Below are positions 12,817 to 25,381 of a stretch of DNA of 64,000 nt, piece by piece; the first letter of the stretch is position 1; each line of letters opens with the position of its first letter. Made by a program: the position numbers and the translations under genes. The DNA lies in contig NC_042999.1 of assembly GCF_006345805.1 (NCBI RefSeq), positions 97,712,001-97,776,000 on the forward strand. Direction: 5' to 3'. Source of the DNA: Octopus sinensis (taxonomy: Eukaryota). The notes beneath the pieces were generated by a model that saw nothing but the letters and a program-made list of their open reading frames with translations, did no database searches and was not told the origin of the DNA.

Positions 12817-13265
12817 GATGTCAAATACAGGCCGTATTTTTGTTGGTAATAGACCAAAGCTGAATGTGAAATATAGGCCACATTTTAACTAGTAACGGTC
12901 TAGACTACATGTGAAATATCGGCCATATTTCAGTTCACAACAGACTCAGGCTAGAGGGGAAATGTAGACCACATTCTACGTAGTAAGTAATTAGTCAAGG
13001 ATAAGTGTGAAATGTAGGTTAGATTTTAGGTCGTAAGTAATCAGCCAAGGCTAGATGGCTAGATGTGAAATGTAGGCTCCATTTTAGATAGGAGGTAATC
13101 AAAGTTAAATGTGAAATGTAGGCCACATTTTAGGGAGTAAGTAATCAGTCAAAGCTAGATGTGAAATGTAAGTCGCATTTCAACTGGTTAGAGACCCAGG
13201 ATAGATGTGAAATTTAGGCTATATTTCATTTGGTAATAAGTGAAGGCTATATATGAAATGTAGGT
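12817..13265. repeat. Degenerate minisatellite, ~10 units of 45-58 bp
   Basis: gatgtgaaatgtaggccacatttt-like core recurs at ~12817, 12862, 12907, 12954, 13003, 13061, 13107, 13157, 13203 and 13249. Confidence 0.85.
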
Positions 13266-13292
13266 GTTCTATATGCTCGTGTTTATCTATTG

Positions 13293-13657
13293 TCTTTTAT
13301 CTTTTTTCGTGTTTCAGTCATTGTATTGCGGCCTTACTAGGGCACCTACTCGAAGGGTTTTAATTGTGCAAATATCGGCCCCAATGTTTATCTTTTTTTA
13401 AAGTTTGGCATTCATTTTATTGACTCCCTTTAACGAACTGCAGGAAGCTGGAACATAAACAAACGAACACCGAATGTCAAGCGGCTGAGAAGAGAAAACG
13501 AAGACACATACACATACGTACTACACACATATGCACAACGAGCTTCTACACAGTTTCCACTTTATAAATTCACTTACAAGACATTGACGCTGCATATTTG
13601 GACTGAACCCGAAACCACGCAGTTCCAAAGCAAGATTCCTAATCACGCAGCCATGCC
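13293..13657 (-). mobile_element. SINE family A, old diverged copy
   Basis: gtttcagtca at the tail end and ggactgaacccgaaaccacg...cagccatgcc at the head end. Confidence 0.75.
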
Positions 13658-13948
13658 TAAGCCTATTTTATGAAATAATACGTACACTTTGGGTGTTCAT
13701 ACGTTCAGACACGTTGTGGAATGTAGGTTCCGTTTCAAACAACTCTAATTAGCATCAGAAATAAATACATATCATTAATGATGGATGGCTTGTGCCTACA
13801 CACACACACATATACACACACACATGCATGCAAGTATACATATACGACGGGTGCTTTTGTCGGTCGGAGGTTATATGACACTTGCCCGAGATGTGCACGG
13901 TAGAAGTGAAACCAGAACCATAGCCACGCATGAACCAATATATATATA

Positions 13949-14292
13949 CATGGTGGGTGGAAAGTAACTAGGCATTAGAAATTGCTTATAGAATTGTTTG
14001 TATCACTGAAGTCATAGTGTATAAGACAAAATTTCGCACACTGGAGGACTTGGAGACACGGAGTCAGGAGGTTCTCCAATGATATCCCAGACGACGTCCT
14101 TCAGAAGGTTGCTCATTCCATCTCTGGCCGTTTAAGGAAACTGGTTGACGCCACCGGTGCTTACGTTGAAATATGAAGATTTACTTTCATTTTCCCATGT
14201 AATAAAGAACAATTATCATTTGTTTCAATAAATTTGCGATAGGAATATGGATTTTATTACCATTTTTAATGCATACTTACTTTTCACTCACT
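13949..14292 (+). mobile_element. Internally deleted Tc1/mariner-superfamily element
   Basis: Imperfect TIRs ggtgggtggaaagtaactaggcatt / aatgcatacttacttttcactcact. Retains a transposase C-terminus DIPDDVLQKVAHSISGRLRKLVDATGAYVEI*. Confidence 0.7.
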
Positions 14293-14341
14293 CACCCACT
14301 CTCTCTCTTTCTCTCTCTCTCTCTATATATATTTATGCTTG

Positions 14342-14401
<60 letters not shown>

Positions 14402-14449
14402 GCAAACACACACACACACACACCACACACACACACACACAACACACAC

Positions 14450-15666
14450 CAGACATGACAGAAGTAAATAGACAAATCTAAAAACATCGTTTTATGTTTA
14501 TTCTTGTAAAGGTTTATATTTTTCATTAATTGACATATTTATGTCTCCCGTTCTATATGTGACTGTTTCATCCTGCCATGTACAAAACAAGTCTTGGAAC
14601 TGTCTGAATTTCAAAGAAACCGTATTGTGGATCATTCTGCAGATGGACATAGCATAAAATCACAGAAAACCTTGGGATCCTGCTTTCTACAGTTAATAGA
14701 GTGATTCTGCAATTTCCCAGAGAGAAGAAGGAGTCCACATCACCTCACCCAGATCAACCAATGCTCTCTGACAGGACCATTCTCTTTGTTAAGGGAAGTG
14801 TGGAGGATAATCCTCGTTGTAAGGCCTCTGTCATAGCAGAATAAGTTGATGTCAGTCCCAGAACAGCTGTCAGGTATTTCCACAAATTTGGTTACTATAG
14901 TGGAGGAGTAAGAAGGAAGCCACTTCTTCGACCAGCCAACATCAAGCAGAGAAAAGATTGGGCCAGATGGCTGGTGGAGAGGCCACTAGCATTTTGGGAC
15001 ACTGTCATATTCTCTGATGAGTCCAGACTTGCAGTATTTCCTAACAGTGGTCCAATGTGGGTCTGGAAACTCTGTAGTCAAGGATTTGATGTGAAAAAAT
15101 TGCAGCCAACAATGAAACACAGCAGCTAATCTGTGATGGTTTGAGGAGCAATTTGGAGCAATGGTTGATCATAGCTGGTGGGGTGTGAGGGAAACATAAA
15201 CTCAGATAAATATGTGTTCATATTACAGAAAGTACTCCTTCCAATCTTCTCCATTGGTGAAATGGTTAAAGAAGACTTTTTATTTATGGAATATGGGGCT
15301 AAAATGACCCAGGATGAGAATGGCATTAAGCTTCCATGGCCAAGCCAGTTACTAGATAAGAACCCTATTGAGCACCTCTGGAACATAATAGACAGGATGC
15401 TTCATAAAAAGAACAAGAAAGCATCTTCAAAGCCAGATCTTTTGCGATTACTGCATGAAACTTGGAAAGAAATTCCGCAAGAGAATATTCGTCATCTGAT
15501 CAGTAATATGCCTAATAGGGACCTTTCATTTAAAAAGGCAAAGGGCATGTCTGCTAATTAATAAATATTCACATTATAACAATTAATAAATAATTTGAAT
15601 GTATGATTTCAGATTTAAATAAATTTTATGATTATAAGGGTGCTTGCATCACTTCTGTAATGTCTG
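14450..15666 (+). mobile_element. Tc1-like transposon, near full length, pseudogenised transposase
   Basis: TIRs cagacatgacagaagt / acttctgtaatgtctg followed by TA. Reading-frame remnants ELSEFQRNRIV, RRKPLL, VIFSDESR and WPSQLLDKNPIEHLW. Confidence 0.9.
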
Positions 15667-15699
15667 TATGTATATATATTGTTTTTTTCTTTCATTAGT

Positions 15700-15958
15700 T
15701 TACTTGTTTCAGCTATTTGACTGCGGCCATACTGGAGCACCGCCTTTTGTACTTATTTTTGCCGAACCGCTAGGTTACGGGGATGTAAACACACCGATAC
15801 ACACACAGACACACACACAGTTTCTGTCTACCAAATTCACTCACAAGGCTTTGGTCGGCCCGAGGCTCTAGCAGAAGACACTTGCCCAAATTGCCACGAA
15901 GTGGGACTGAACCCGGAACAATGTAATTGTGAAGCAAGCCTCTTATCATACAGCAACT
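15700..15958 (-). mobile_element. SINE family A, internally deleted
   Basis: ttgtttcagctatttgactgcggccatactggagcaccgcc ... gtgggactgaacccggaac. Confidence 0.85.
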
Positions 15959-15960
15959 CA

Positions 15961-16067
<107 letters not shown>

Positions 16068-16260
16068 ACGGCAAATAACCTCTAACTCTCAAAGATATAT
16101 ACAGGTCTCACTGCGAAATCGTTTAAACCCTTTTTGAGCTGACCACTCACTGGTCATTTGCTCACCAAATGTTTCGTTGATATCGTGAGCAGTTTCAGCT
16201 GCTTTACGTCCTTTTTTGAAGTTGAATAGCAAAATTGCTCGAACATCACGCTTTGACAAT
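16068..16260 (-). mobile_element. mariner transposase N-terminal fragment
   Basis: Minus-strand translation LSKRDVRAILLFNFKKGRKAAETAHDINETFG...AQKGFKRFR resembles the Hsmar1/cecropia-type HTH (IRAIFLFEFKMGRKAAETTRNIN). Confidence 0.8.
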
Positions 16261-16404
16261 TTCGGCGAAAAAAAATAATGTTAATTTATTGATGCATTTT
16301 GGCAAGTCTATGTCTATATTATGAGACAATTGCAAAAAAAGATTAAAAAATATTTGGCAAAAGTATTATACAATATTATACAAAATAAGATTTTTTCCTC
16401 TAAT

Positions 16405-16439
16405 AAAATGACCGGTTTTGCTGAAGCTTTTCAAATTTT
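16405..16439 (-). ncRNA. Inverted copy of the minimal hammerhead (G12>A mutated)
   Basis: Reverse complement AAAAT-TTGAAAA-GCttcaGC-AAAA-CCGGT-C-ATTTT, with palindromic stem III ACCGGT and a GUC site. Confidence 0.5.
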
Positions 16440-17369
16440 GAATGTTAGATGCAATTCGAAATGAGAAATTTTGTTTGTCGGGGTTGGGGGTTATTAATAA
16501 CCACGGTATTTTTAGTAAACGGAAGATTAATCTGTAATTTTCAATATGGATTTATATTCAGTTCTGGCTTGTATTTTTCGAACTGAGACTGTAAGAGTTT
16601 TAAAACGTACTCATTGACAGACACTGCCCAATTCAAAGCATAGATGATAGGATTAAACGTGCAAAATCAATTGACATAAAAACATTAAGAAAAGTCGAAC
16701 ACAATAACACACCTACTACCTTATGTATCCACACACAACCCCAGAAACAATGAAGCATTTAACATCACTGTCCAAAATTTCCCAATACTCCATAAGAACT
16801 CCAAACTGAAAGAAATTCTGCGTACGCATAATACCATTAAAAGCCATAAACAACCAAGGACATTAAAGAAGATCCTCATAAATGCTAAATTATTCTCAAG
16901 AGTAACGGATGCAAGAGTAAAAAAATATGGTTGATCTAATTACGGAACATGTCCCAATCTTTTGGATGGGACAGAATTCCATTTTAAACAAGGACAAAAA
17001 TTAAAAATTAAATCTAATTTCACTTGTGCCTCTGAAAACCTCATTTATGTCATCAGATGCTCGGGCTGTAATAACAACTATATAGGTTCCACAGGAATGT
17101 CCCTTAGACGTAGATGTACAGGTTACAGACAACAGATCCCTTCCCACAATATCGCCAGATACATCCCAGTGAACACACTGACAGATGTGCAGAACAACTG
17201 TAACCACAATTCCTAATCTTCCCATTATATCAATGTGCTATTTGGATCTCAACACAAATGTGACTAAATAAAGAGGCCCCATTTATCGAAAAATATAAGC
17301 CAGAATTGAATATACATCCATAGCGAAAATGACAGATTTATCTAACACGCAAAATTGCATCTAACACTC

Positions 17370-17404
17370 AAAATTTGAAAAGCTTCAGCGAAACGGGTAA
17401 TTTT
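17370..17404 (+). ncRNA. Minimal type-I hammerhead ribozyme motif (U3-A8 variant) in Penelope pLTR
   Basis: AAAAT-TTGAAAA-GC ttca GC-GAAA-cggg-TA-ATTTT gives stem I AAAAT/ATTTT, core, stem II, GAAA and an NUH site. Confidence 0.6.
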
Positions 17405-17619
17405 ATAAGAGGAAAAAATCTTATTTTGCGTAATATTGTATAATACTTTTACCATGACGATTTAAATATATTCTTTGGCCTCGTAAAACAAATCTTTTGT
17501 GTCTTTTCATTTTATTTCTTTCTTTGTATATTCAACCACGTGTAATCACCAACCATACTTTCTCACACACACATATATATATATATATGTTGTGTGTGTG
17601 TGTGTATATATATATATTG

Positions 17620-17707
<88 letters not shown>

Positions 17708-17789
17708 TAAAAATGGAGTTAACGCAGGTGTAAACAAATATTTATTTTTCCGTGTTAATTTTTAACAAGGTAAAAATACACTCATCTAT

Positions 17790-17841
<52 letters not shown>

Positions 17842-18196
17842 CATGTATGTATATTATGCATGCATGTATGTTGTATATACATATTACTATAATTGGTACG
17901 ATACAGAGAAGATTGCGGATGACACACAGATGCGTGAAGCATTCTATATTTCCCTCTGAGTGTACTTTAGTTTAAACGTCATCGGCATTAATCCAGCTGT
18001 CAAACCGTCTTGTTCTCAGCTTGAAAATGGCGATATAAATGCTTCGTTCACAAAACCCTGGGTAGCTGTAATGAACAAGACTTGTGGGTTTCTTTTTTAT
18101 TCTAACGTTACCTTTACTGTCTTAGCTGATCGAGTGCTATTCTGCTTATTGAAGCCTTATCACAAAATTATATATACATATATTATTTATTATCTT

Positions 18197-18316
18197 AGAC
18201 CTGATGAGTGATTATATTTTTAAATAGAATTAATTTTAGTTCGATTTAATTTTAAATCGAATTGATTTTATTATTATTATTTATTTGAAAATATAGCCAC
18301 GAAATGTGCGTAGTCT
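18197..18316 (+). ncRNA. Type-I hammerhead ribozyme motif with canonical core and long AU-rich stem II
   Basis: AGAC-CTGATGA-GTG attatatttt...aaaatatagc CAC-GAAA-tgtgcg-TA-GTCT. Confidence 0.7.
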
Positions 18317-18507
18317 TTTTACTACTATTTATTATTTATTGTACTTTATTGATTTTTAGAATTAGGTTTTTTATAGTATATGTTTTCTATAGGTTTGAAT
18401 AATATGTATATTGAATTGTTTAATAGAGGTTTTTCTCTAATTATATATACATACATACATACATACATATATATATATATATATTATATATATATATATA
18501 TCTATAT

Positions 18508-18538
<31 letters not shown>

Positions 18539-18811
18539 TATATATATTTGAAACTTTTGCATGGATGTGTACTTAGTTCTAGGTTTCATTGTTGCGTGGC
18601 GCTTTTGGTGAGTTTCTTCTATCATAGACTTAGATTAAATACTATTAGTCGGATTGCTAAGTTATAGGACATATAGAGTCGCAACAACACAGGTCGTGGT
18701 TACGTTTCTGTACCTTATATCCCATAACATAGCTGTGCAACAAATATAATGGATAAAAGAAGTACCAGTCTGAAATAACTACAAGAGTCAATATCGTTGA
18801 TCTAACCTTTA

Positions 18812-19075
18812 AGGCAGAGAGCGGGCTGAATTCTTAGCATACCGGACAAAATACTAAGCAGTATTTCTTCTGGCTTTATGTTTTGAGTTCAAAAGCCGCC
18901 GAGGTCGTTTTGTGTTTTCATCCTTTCAGGGTCGATAAAAGAAAAACCAGTTAAATACTGGTGCTGCTGTTATCGACTTACCCTCCTCCCACGAAATTGC
19001 TGGTTTTGTATTAAAATTTGAAATTATTACTCCCTCCCCTAAAAATTGCTGGCCTTGTGCCACAATTCCAAAGAA
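18812..19075 (+). mobile_element. SINE family B, diverged
   Basis: gagttcaaaagccgccgaggtcg...tcatcctttcagggtcgataaa, with a duplicated 3' end. Confidence 0.75.
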
Positions 19076-19145
19076 TTATTATTAATCAAATCTTTGGATG
19101 TGGCACCTTGGCTGTAGCCATGGCTGAAACCAGTAATACGCACGT

Positions 19146-19191
<46 letters not shown>

Positions 19192-19208
19192 ACACACACA
19201 CACGCACG

Positions 19209-19253
<45 letters not shown>

Positions 19254-19618
19254 ATTTTGATGTAAAGTCAGACAAGCAAGAGAATCAAATACACTTATAC
19301 GAGAAGCTATCGTCTGTTCTTCCATTTTGTTTTCAAATAAATAAATAAATAAATTTCGTAGCTTCAGCACAACTGCAGCTGTCATTTATGAAGTAACCAC
19401 GCCTTTTTCTTCTTTAACTAGAAACTAATAAAACTACCCAATAACCCATTTACTCTTGTCTTTTCTTGCTGGCGAATTCACTGGAGCATACGATACGATA
19501 ACTGCAGTTTTTTAAGTATTTAGATAAGGACACTTTTTCATTTCACGACTCCATTTTGAATTTTTGACGACATCATACAATGACAGCAATATATGTTCTT
19601 TTGATTTACATGTTTATT

Positions 19619-19718
19619 NNNNNNNNNNNNNNNNNNNNNNNNNNNNNNNNNNNNNNNNNNNNNNNNNNNNNNNNNNNNNNNNNNNNNNNNNNNNNNNNNN
19701 NNNNNNNNNNNNNNNNNN
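19619..19718. other. Assembly gap (100 N)
   Basis: Run of exactly 100 n. Confidence 0.99.
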
Positions 19719-19744
19719 TATATAGTGTGAATGTGTCTTTGTGC

Positions 19745-19955
19745 TTGAGTATGCCTCCCCACATCGCTTGACAACCGGTGTTGGTTTGTTTACGTCACCG
19801 TAATCAAACGGTTTCGGCAAAGACACCGATTGAATAAGTATCGCCCTTTTAAAAAATAAGGAAAGGGGGCGATTTGTTCGACAAAATTTTTCAAGACATC
19901 CCACCATGGCCGTAGTCCAATGACTGAAACAAGTAAAAGGTAAAAAGATAAAAGA
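19745..19955 (+). mobile_element. SINE family A 3' half
   Basis: catcgcttgacaaccggtgttgg...atggccgtagtccaatgactgaaacaagtaaaag. Confidence 0.85.
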
Positions 19956-20399
19956 TATTATTGAACAGTAAAAAAGAAAACAACACCCAATGTCCCCATG
20001 TTGCTAATACCAACTTGCATTGACACTAATAATTATAATACCATGCAAGTATGAGAAACCTTTTGCGAGATGTATAAGGTATGGCTCATCATCAGGTGCG
20101 ATACACTACTAACAATGTTCAAGGTAATTTTTAGTCGAGCATGCCATTCAGAATGTCCCGCAGGCCACAGTTAGCCAATAAGTGTATCGTGTTCACCCAT
20201 CGCAGCTGGTTTAGTCTATTCACATTAAAGTTATAGTCATTTGTTTAATTATTCTTTACTTTCGCACCGTTTTTCACACAATCAGCTTTTGTCGTATTTC
20301 CACCGCCGTTCTTAATCAATTGTTCATACAATTTTCTGACGTCAGAATATGTCGTGCCTTCTCTCTCGAAATCTTCCTTTTCTGTCTGTCAGTCTATTC

Positions 20400-20456
<57 letters not shown>

Positions 20457-20461
20457 CTCTC

Positions 20462-20544
<83 letters not shown>

Positions 20545-21693
20545 AGATAGTCGCTATGGAACTCTAGTCAGATGAACCTATACTTATCTGTCACAGATAT
20601 TGCAAAACTGATGAACTTAATTTGATTAACATACAGAATCTACAGAAATGTGTGTGCGTGCGTGTGTGCGTGCGTGCGTGTGTGCGTGCGTGCGTGTGTG
20701 CGTGCGTGCGTGTGTATGTGTCTATGTACATGCGTGCATGTGCACGCACGCACACATACATACATACATACATACATACATACATACATACATACATACA
20801 TACATACATACAATATATTAAAATATATATACATCCACACATACATTTACGTATATATGTATGCATATATGTATATGTTTCTGAGTATTATTGTTTTAAC
20901 CCCAGTTTAACTCTGACCAAACAAGACATTCCAACCATGAAAATCATTTGTTATTTTCAAGCATTCTATCCAAAACTAATTATCCGATGCATTTTTCTTT
21001 CTGAAGATGACAAGGTGTGATCTGAAGAGAAATATAAAGTGCTATTTCAAGCACTTTAAACGGCTACATAGGGAACCCTCTTGGTGGTAGTTATCCCCAA
21101 ACAATTAGAGTTATAAATATTTGCATATCATATAACTCATACAATCATAGGACACATGTAATATAGATAGATAGGTATATAGATCAATCGATAGAGAGAG
21201 AGGGAGAGGGAGATAAACTCCGGCGTATACGCACGCACACCACACATACACGCATACGCATACGTACACACGCTGTCACACACACACACACGTGGTTGTA
21301 TAGGCGTTTATATGTAACCGTGCTTCTGTGCTTGCATATATATAGTGAGCAACTTTTCTCCAAACATAACATGTACTCGAGTTTAATCGTCTGCACTACT
21401 GATTTTGCTGTTTATAACAGTCATTAAACATCCTTTATGCTTAATCGGAAAAAGAATGTTTTAAATCCATAAACAGTTGCTCTCCTTCTCAGCCTCATTT
21501 GAGTGAATAAATAATAGCGGTACATTGTGACTGCGTGTTGCAGTAAGCAGCAAAGGATCACACGAACGATGTTTTCAGCTTTTAAGTAACATAATTGTTG
21601 CCGTGTGATTTCAAATGTTTAGTTGTTCCTCTTGGTTACTTTCACACCTTGTTTCATTTGTCTCTCTGAATGAGATTTCGGTTTTATATGATT

Positions 21694-21730
21694 ACTAGTA
21701 GAGATACCCAGCGTTGCTCGCGATTAAAAT
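21694..21730 (-). mobile_element. Isolated Helitron 3' end
   Basis: Reverse complement gcgagcaacgctgggtatctctaCTAGt matches the 3' hairpin/CTAG at 12649-12676. Confidence 0.6.
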
Positions 21731-21751
21731 AGCACAGGTTTTATTTTTCAG

Positions 21752-21937
21752 TTTTACTTGTTTCAGTCATATGATTGCGACCATGCTGGAGCACCGCCTT
21801 TAGTCGAACAAACCAACCCCAGGTTTTATTCTGTGTAAGTCTACTGCTTATTCTATCAGTGGCTTTTGCTGAACTGCTAAGTTACGAGGACGCAAACACA
21901 GCAACATCAGCAGTTGTCAAGCGGTGGTGGGGATACT

Positions 21938-22003
<66 letters not shown>

Positions 22004-22062
22004 GACAGTCTTCTTTTAGTTTCCGTGTACGAAATCCACTCACAAGGCTTTGGTTGGCCTGA
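21752..22062 (-). mobile_element. SINE family A lacking head
   Basis: ttacttgtttcagtcatatgattgcgaccatgctggagcaccgcc ... aaatccactcacaaggctttgg. Confidence 0.85.
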
Positions 22063-23591
22063 GGTTATTATATATATATATATATATATACATACACACA
22101 ACTCTTTTACTGTTTGTTTTACTTTGAGTGTGACCATGGACCCTAAGTAATATATGTGTAATCTTGAATGAAAATAACTGGATAGTTCTCGAGTTTTAGT
22201 GATGCACACATACAAACACACACTCTCAGTTTTTTTATAGAGACATTAAGAAAGCTTCTATAGGAAATCATTTGGTTATTTTCAATAATTCTATATAAAA
22301 TGGTAGTGTTATCAGCCACTGTTTTATAATAGGTAATATGATAATATTCTATATGGTACTATCGTTGCTTGTAACAGTCTGAATGATGATGTTTGCAACT
22401 TATTCGTGTACACAGTGAAATAGAGTGAGACACAGACAGACAAACAGAAAAGAGAAGATAAATAGATAAATAAATAGACAAAGAGACAGATAGACAGATA
22501 TACATGCACATATGCATACATACACACACACATATAAAGTCCCATCGCACTAAACTGATACGACACACGCATGCACACACATACACTTAGTATATATTGT
22601 ATGTACATATGTATGCATGTATATATGTAGGTATGTATGTATGTATATATGTATGTATGTATGTATGTATGTAGGTATGTATGTATGTAGGTAGGTAGGT
22701 AGGTAGGTAGGTAGGTAGGTAGGTAGGTAGGTAGGTAGGTAAGTAGGTAGGTAGGTAGTCATGCTCTAATGATACATTTTCACAAACTGAACAAATTGAA
22801 CATGAACAAAGAAACACGTTGCCGCAATGTAGATATATAAAAGAAAAAAATTGAAAAGAAACCCGTCCGATGGGAAAGAAAATTTTTATAGGTTGATTTT
22901 CGGACAGGTGTACCGACCAGATTATCACGAGGTGCAGCACTGTTTTCCCGCTCATTTGAACATCGGTCTTTTATGTCTATTTATATTTGCGATCTATTTT
23001 TCTGTTTGACGCCCACACAATGAAGAAAAATACCACATGCAACACTACGCCAAGTCTGTATATTTCGTTTTTGGCCAAAGTAATTGCCTTTTCGTTCTGA
23101 TTTTCTCGTCAAAGGAGCACATTCCGAAACGTCGAAATTCTCTCTCTTTCTCTCTATTTCTTTCCTACGGCGTAAAACGAACAGCTATAAACTGCTGTTC
23201 GATGTTTATTGCTAAGTTTATTCCCGATACTTTTAAATAACCCTCAATAATCATGTCATTGAGACAGAATATCTGCTACACTTTCAAAGCATTCTAGGAA
23301 GGCACCCACCAGACAACGGAAACTTCACGTGGTCAATTATTTTACTAGAAACGACACTTAGAGCTCTTTCAAATTACTCTCCATGCGCTTCAAAAAAAAA
23401 AAAAAAAAGAAAAGACAGGAAGGATAAATTTGGATAATGGAATCCTAGATGCACTATGCCGGGACAAAATGCCTGGATGGTCAAAAATGGAATGTATTTT
23501 GTGTTTCACCATTCTACGAATCTTTCCGTCTATGTGTGTGGATGGGGCGCGTGTTTCTGTGTGTGTGCGTGTGTGTATATATATATATATA

Positions 23592-23757
23592 GGTGTAGGA
23601 GTGGTTGTATGGTAAGTAGGCTGCTTATCAACCACATGGTTCCGGGTTCAGTCCCACTGCGTGGAATCTTGGGCAAGGGTCTTCTACTATAGCCTCTGTC
23701 CGACCAAAGCCCTGTGACTGGATTTGGCAGACGGAAATTGAAAGAAGCCCGTCGTAT
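23592..23757 (+). mobile_element. SINE family A 5' half
   Basis: ggtgtaggagtggttgtatggtaagtag...ggttcagtcccactgcgtgg...aagaagcccgtcg. Confidence 0.88.
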
Positions 23758-23770
23758 ATATATATATATA

Positions 23771-24155
23771 AACACGGGATATGAATAAACAAACGAACGT
23801 CTACTAACTACACAGGCGAGCAGAAACACAGGTCAGTTATCGGATGATCAAACGCAATTTTGGCCATTATCGATAATATTGCTTCCTCTCTGGTGGAATC
23901 GGCAAGAAACTTACCGGGAATGGGATCAAGACATAACAAAACGAGATGAGCTCGAGACGAGACCGTTGATGGACGGACGAGGGACAAACAGTAAACAGAA
24001 TAAAGGCTTAGCCTCCAGAGTGGAAGCAATATTATCGATAATGGGCGAAATTGCGTTTGACTCTCTGGCCGATAACTGATGAGGAGTTGGTGACCTGTGT
24101 TTTCTGCTAGCGTTTGTATCTAGTATATGTTCGTTTGTTTATTTACTACCCGTCT
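23771..24155. mobile_element. MITE / fold-back element with ~125-bp terminal inverted repeats
   Basis: aataaacaaacgaac...cattatcgataatattgcttcctctctgg (to ~23893) is the reverse complement of ccagagtggaagcaatattatcgataatg...gttcgtttgtttatt (from ~24014). Sits in TA context. Confidence 0.85.
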
Positions 24156-24297
24156 TTTAAACATATACATATCAATATATAGGTATGTCCTATTTTCCAT
24201 TTGTTGTCTTCTTTATAAATACACACATACACACACACGCATTATATATATATATATATATATATATATAGATATATATATATATATATCTATGATG

Positions 24298-24378
<81 letters not shown>

Positions 24379-25028
24379 TATGCATGTATGTACGTATGTA
24401 TGTATATAAAAAAATATGTAAAATAGGATCTAATTAATGTAATTTTCTGCTACGTCAAATAGGTAGGACGACCAAGCAGAAATGCATGTGTTTAAAAGGT
24501 TACCGTTGACCAGCTGACCGAACTGTAAATAGTTCTTCCTGATTTTCCAGCAAGTTCTATGTCCATCGATTGCCAAGCTACATAGAAATGACGTAAAGCA
24601 AAATAAAATGAAATAAAAATTATTCTGACCGAATCTTAACCAGAGCTTTAAGTAGATTATCATGTAAGTGGGTTATCATATGTACAGCTTTACAGCTCAC
24701 CACTTTAAAGTTTACAGGGAACGGCTTATATAATTAATGAATACCTCGTGATTTTAGCGTTAACAGAATTTCAAATACGCCCGTGGATGCAGTTTGGATT
24801 GGGATGGGTTTTATCAGATAGTTCAGCTAGCTAAAAATAGCAGCCAGTTAGTTCTCTTTCAATTATTCACTTTGAAAAAGAAAGGACTAATAAGATAATG
24901 TAGACCCAAGAGTTCCACTCCTGCCACCCACCTACCAAAATGATGGGATGATCACCGGTGGAATGTTTGAGTTTTTTTTATAATAGATTTCATCAATCTG
25001 TGTTGACCTGAGTAAGAACAACATATAC

Positions 25029-25096
<68 letters not shown>

Positions 25097-25316
25097 AGAC
25101 ATTCTACTCTACGGAGCCTGCAGATTATTATTATTGCTATTATTATAAATTGACGAATCGATGAGACATTGGACAACATGCCTAGCGGCATTTTTACGTT
25201 CTGAGTTCAATTCCTTCAGTAGTCGAGTTTGCCTTTCATCCTTTCGGTATCGTTGATGGGCGTTGTATATCTAATACACACTCATTCACTATACATATAT
25301 ACACACACACCCACAC

Positions 25317-25379
<63 letters not shown>

Positions 25380-25381
<2 letters not shown>

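Larger units (their letters stand above)
16355..17454 (+). mobile_element. Penelope-like retroelement 3' part (GIY-YIG endonuclease) bounded by ~100-bp inverted repeats
   Basis: ORF 16962-17216 reads FTCASENLIYVIRCSGCNNNYIGSTGMSLRRR (GIY-YIG of PLEs). 16355-16456 is the reverse complement of 17353-17454. Confidence 0.88.

Noticed and set aside
12817-13265. CRISPR-like repeat/spacer appearance
   Set aside because: Eukaryotic context, degenerate repeats, mutually homologous 'spacers' and no cas genes.
24077-24085. CTGATGAG hammerhead-like box in the MITE arm
   Set aside because: No downstream stem II/GAAA arrangement.
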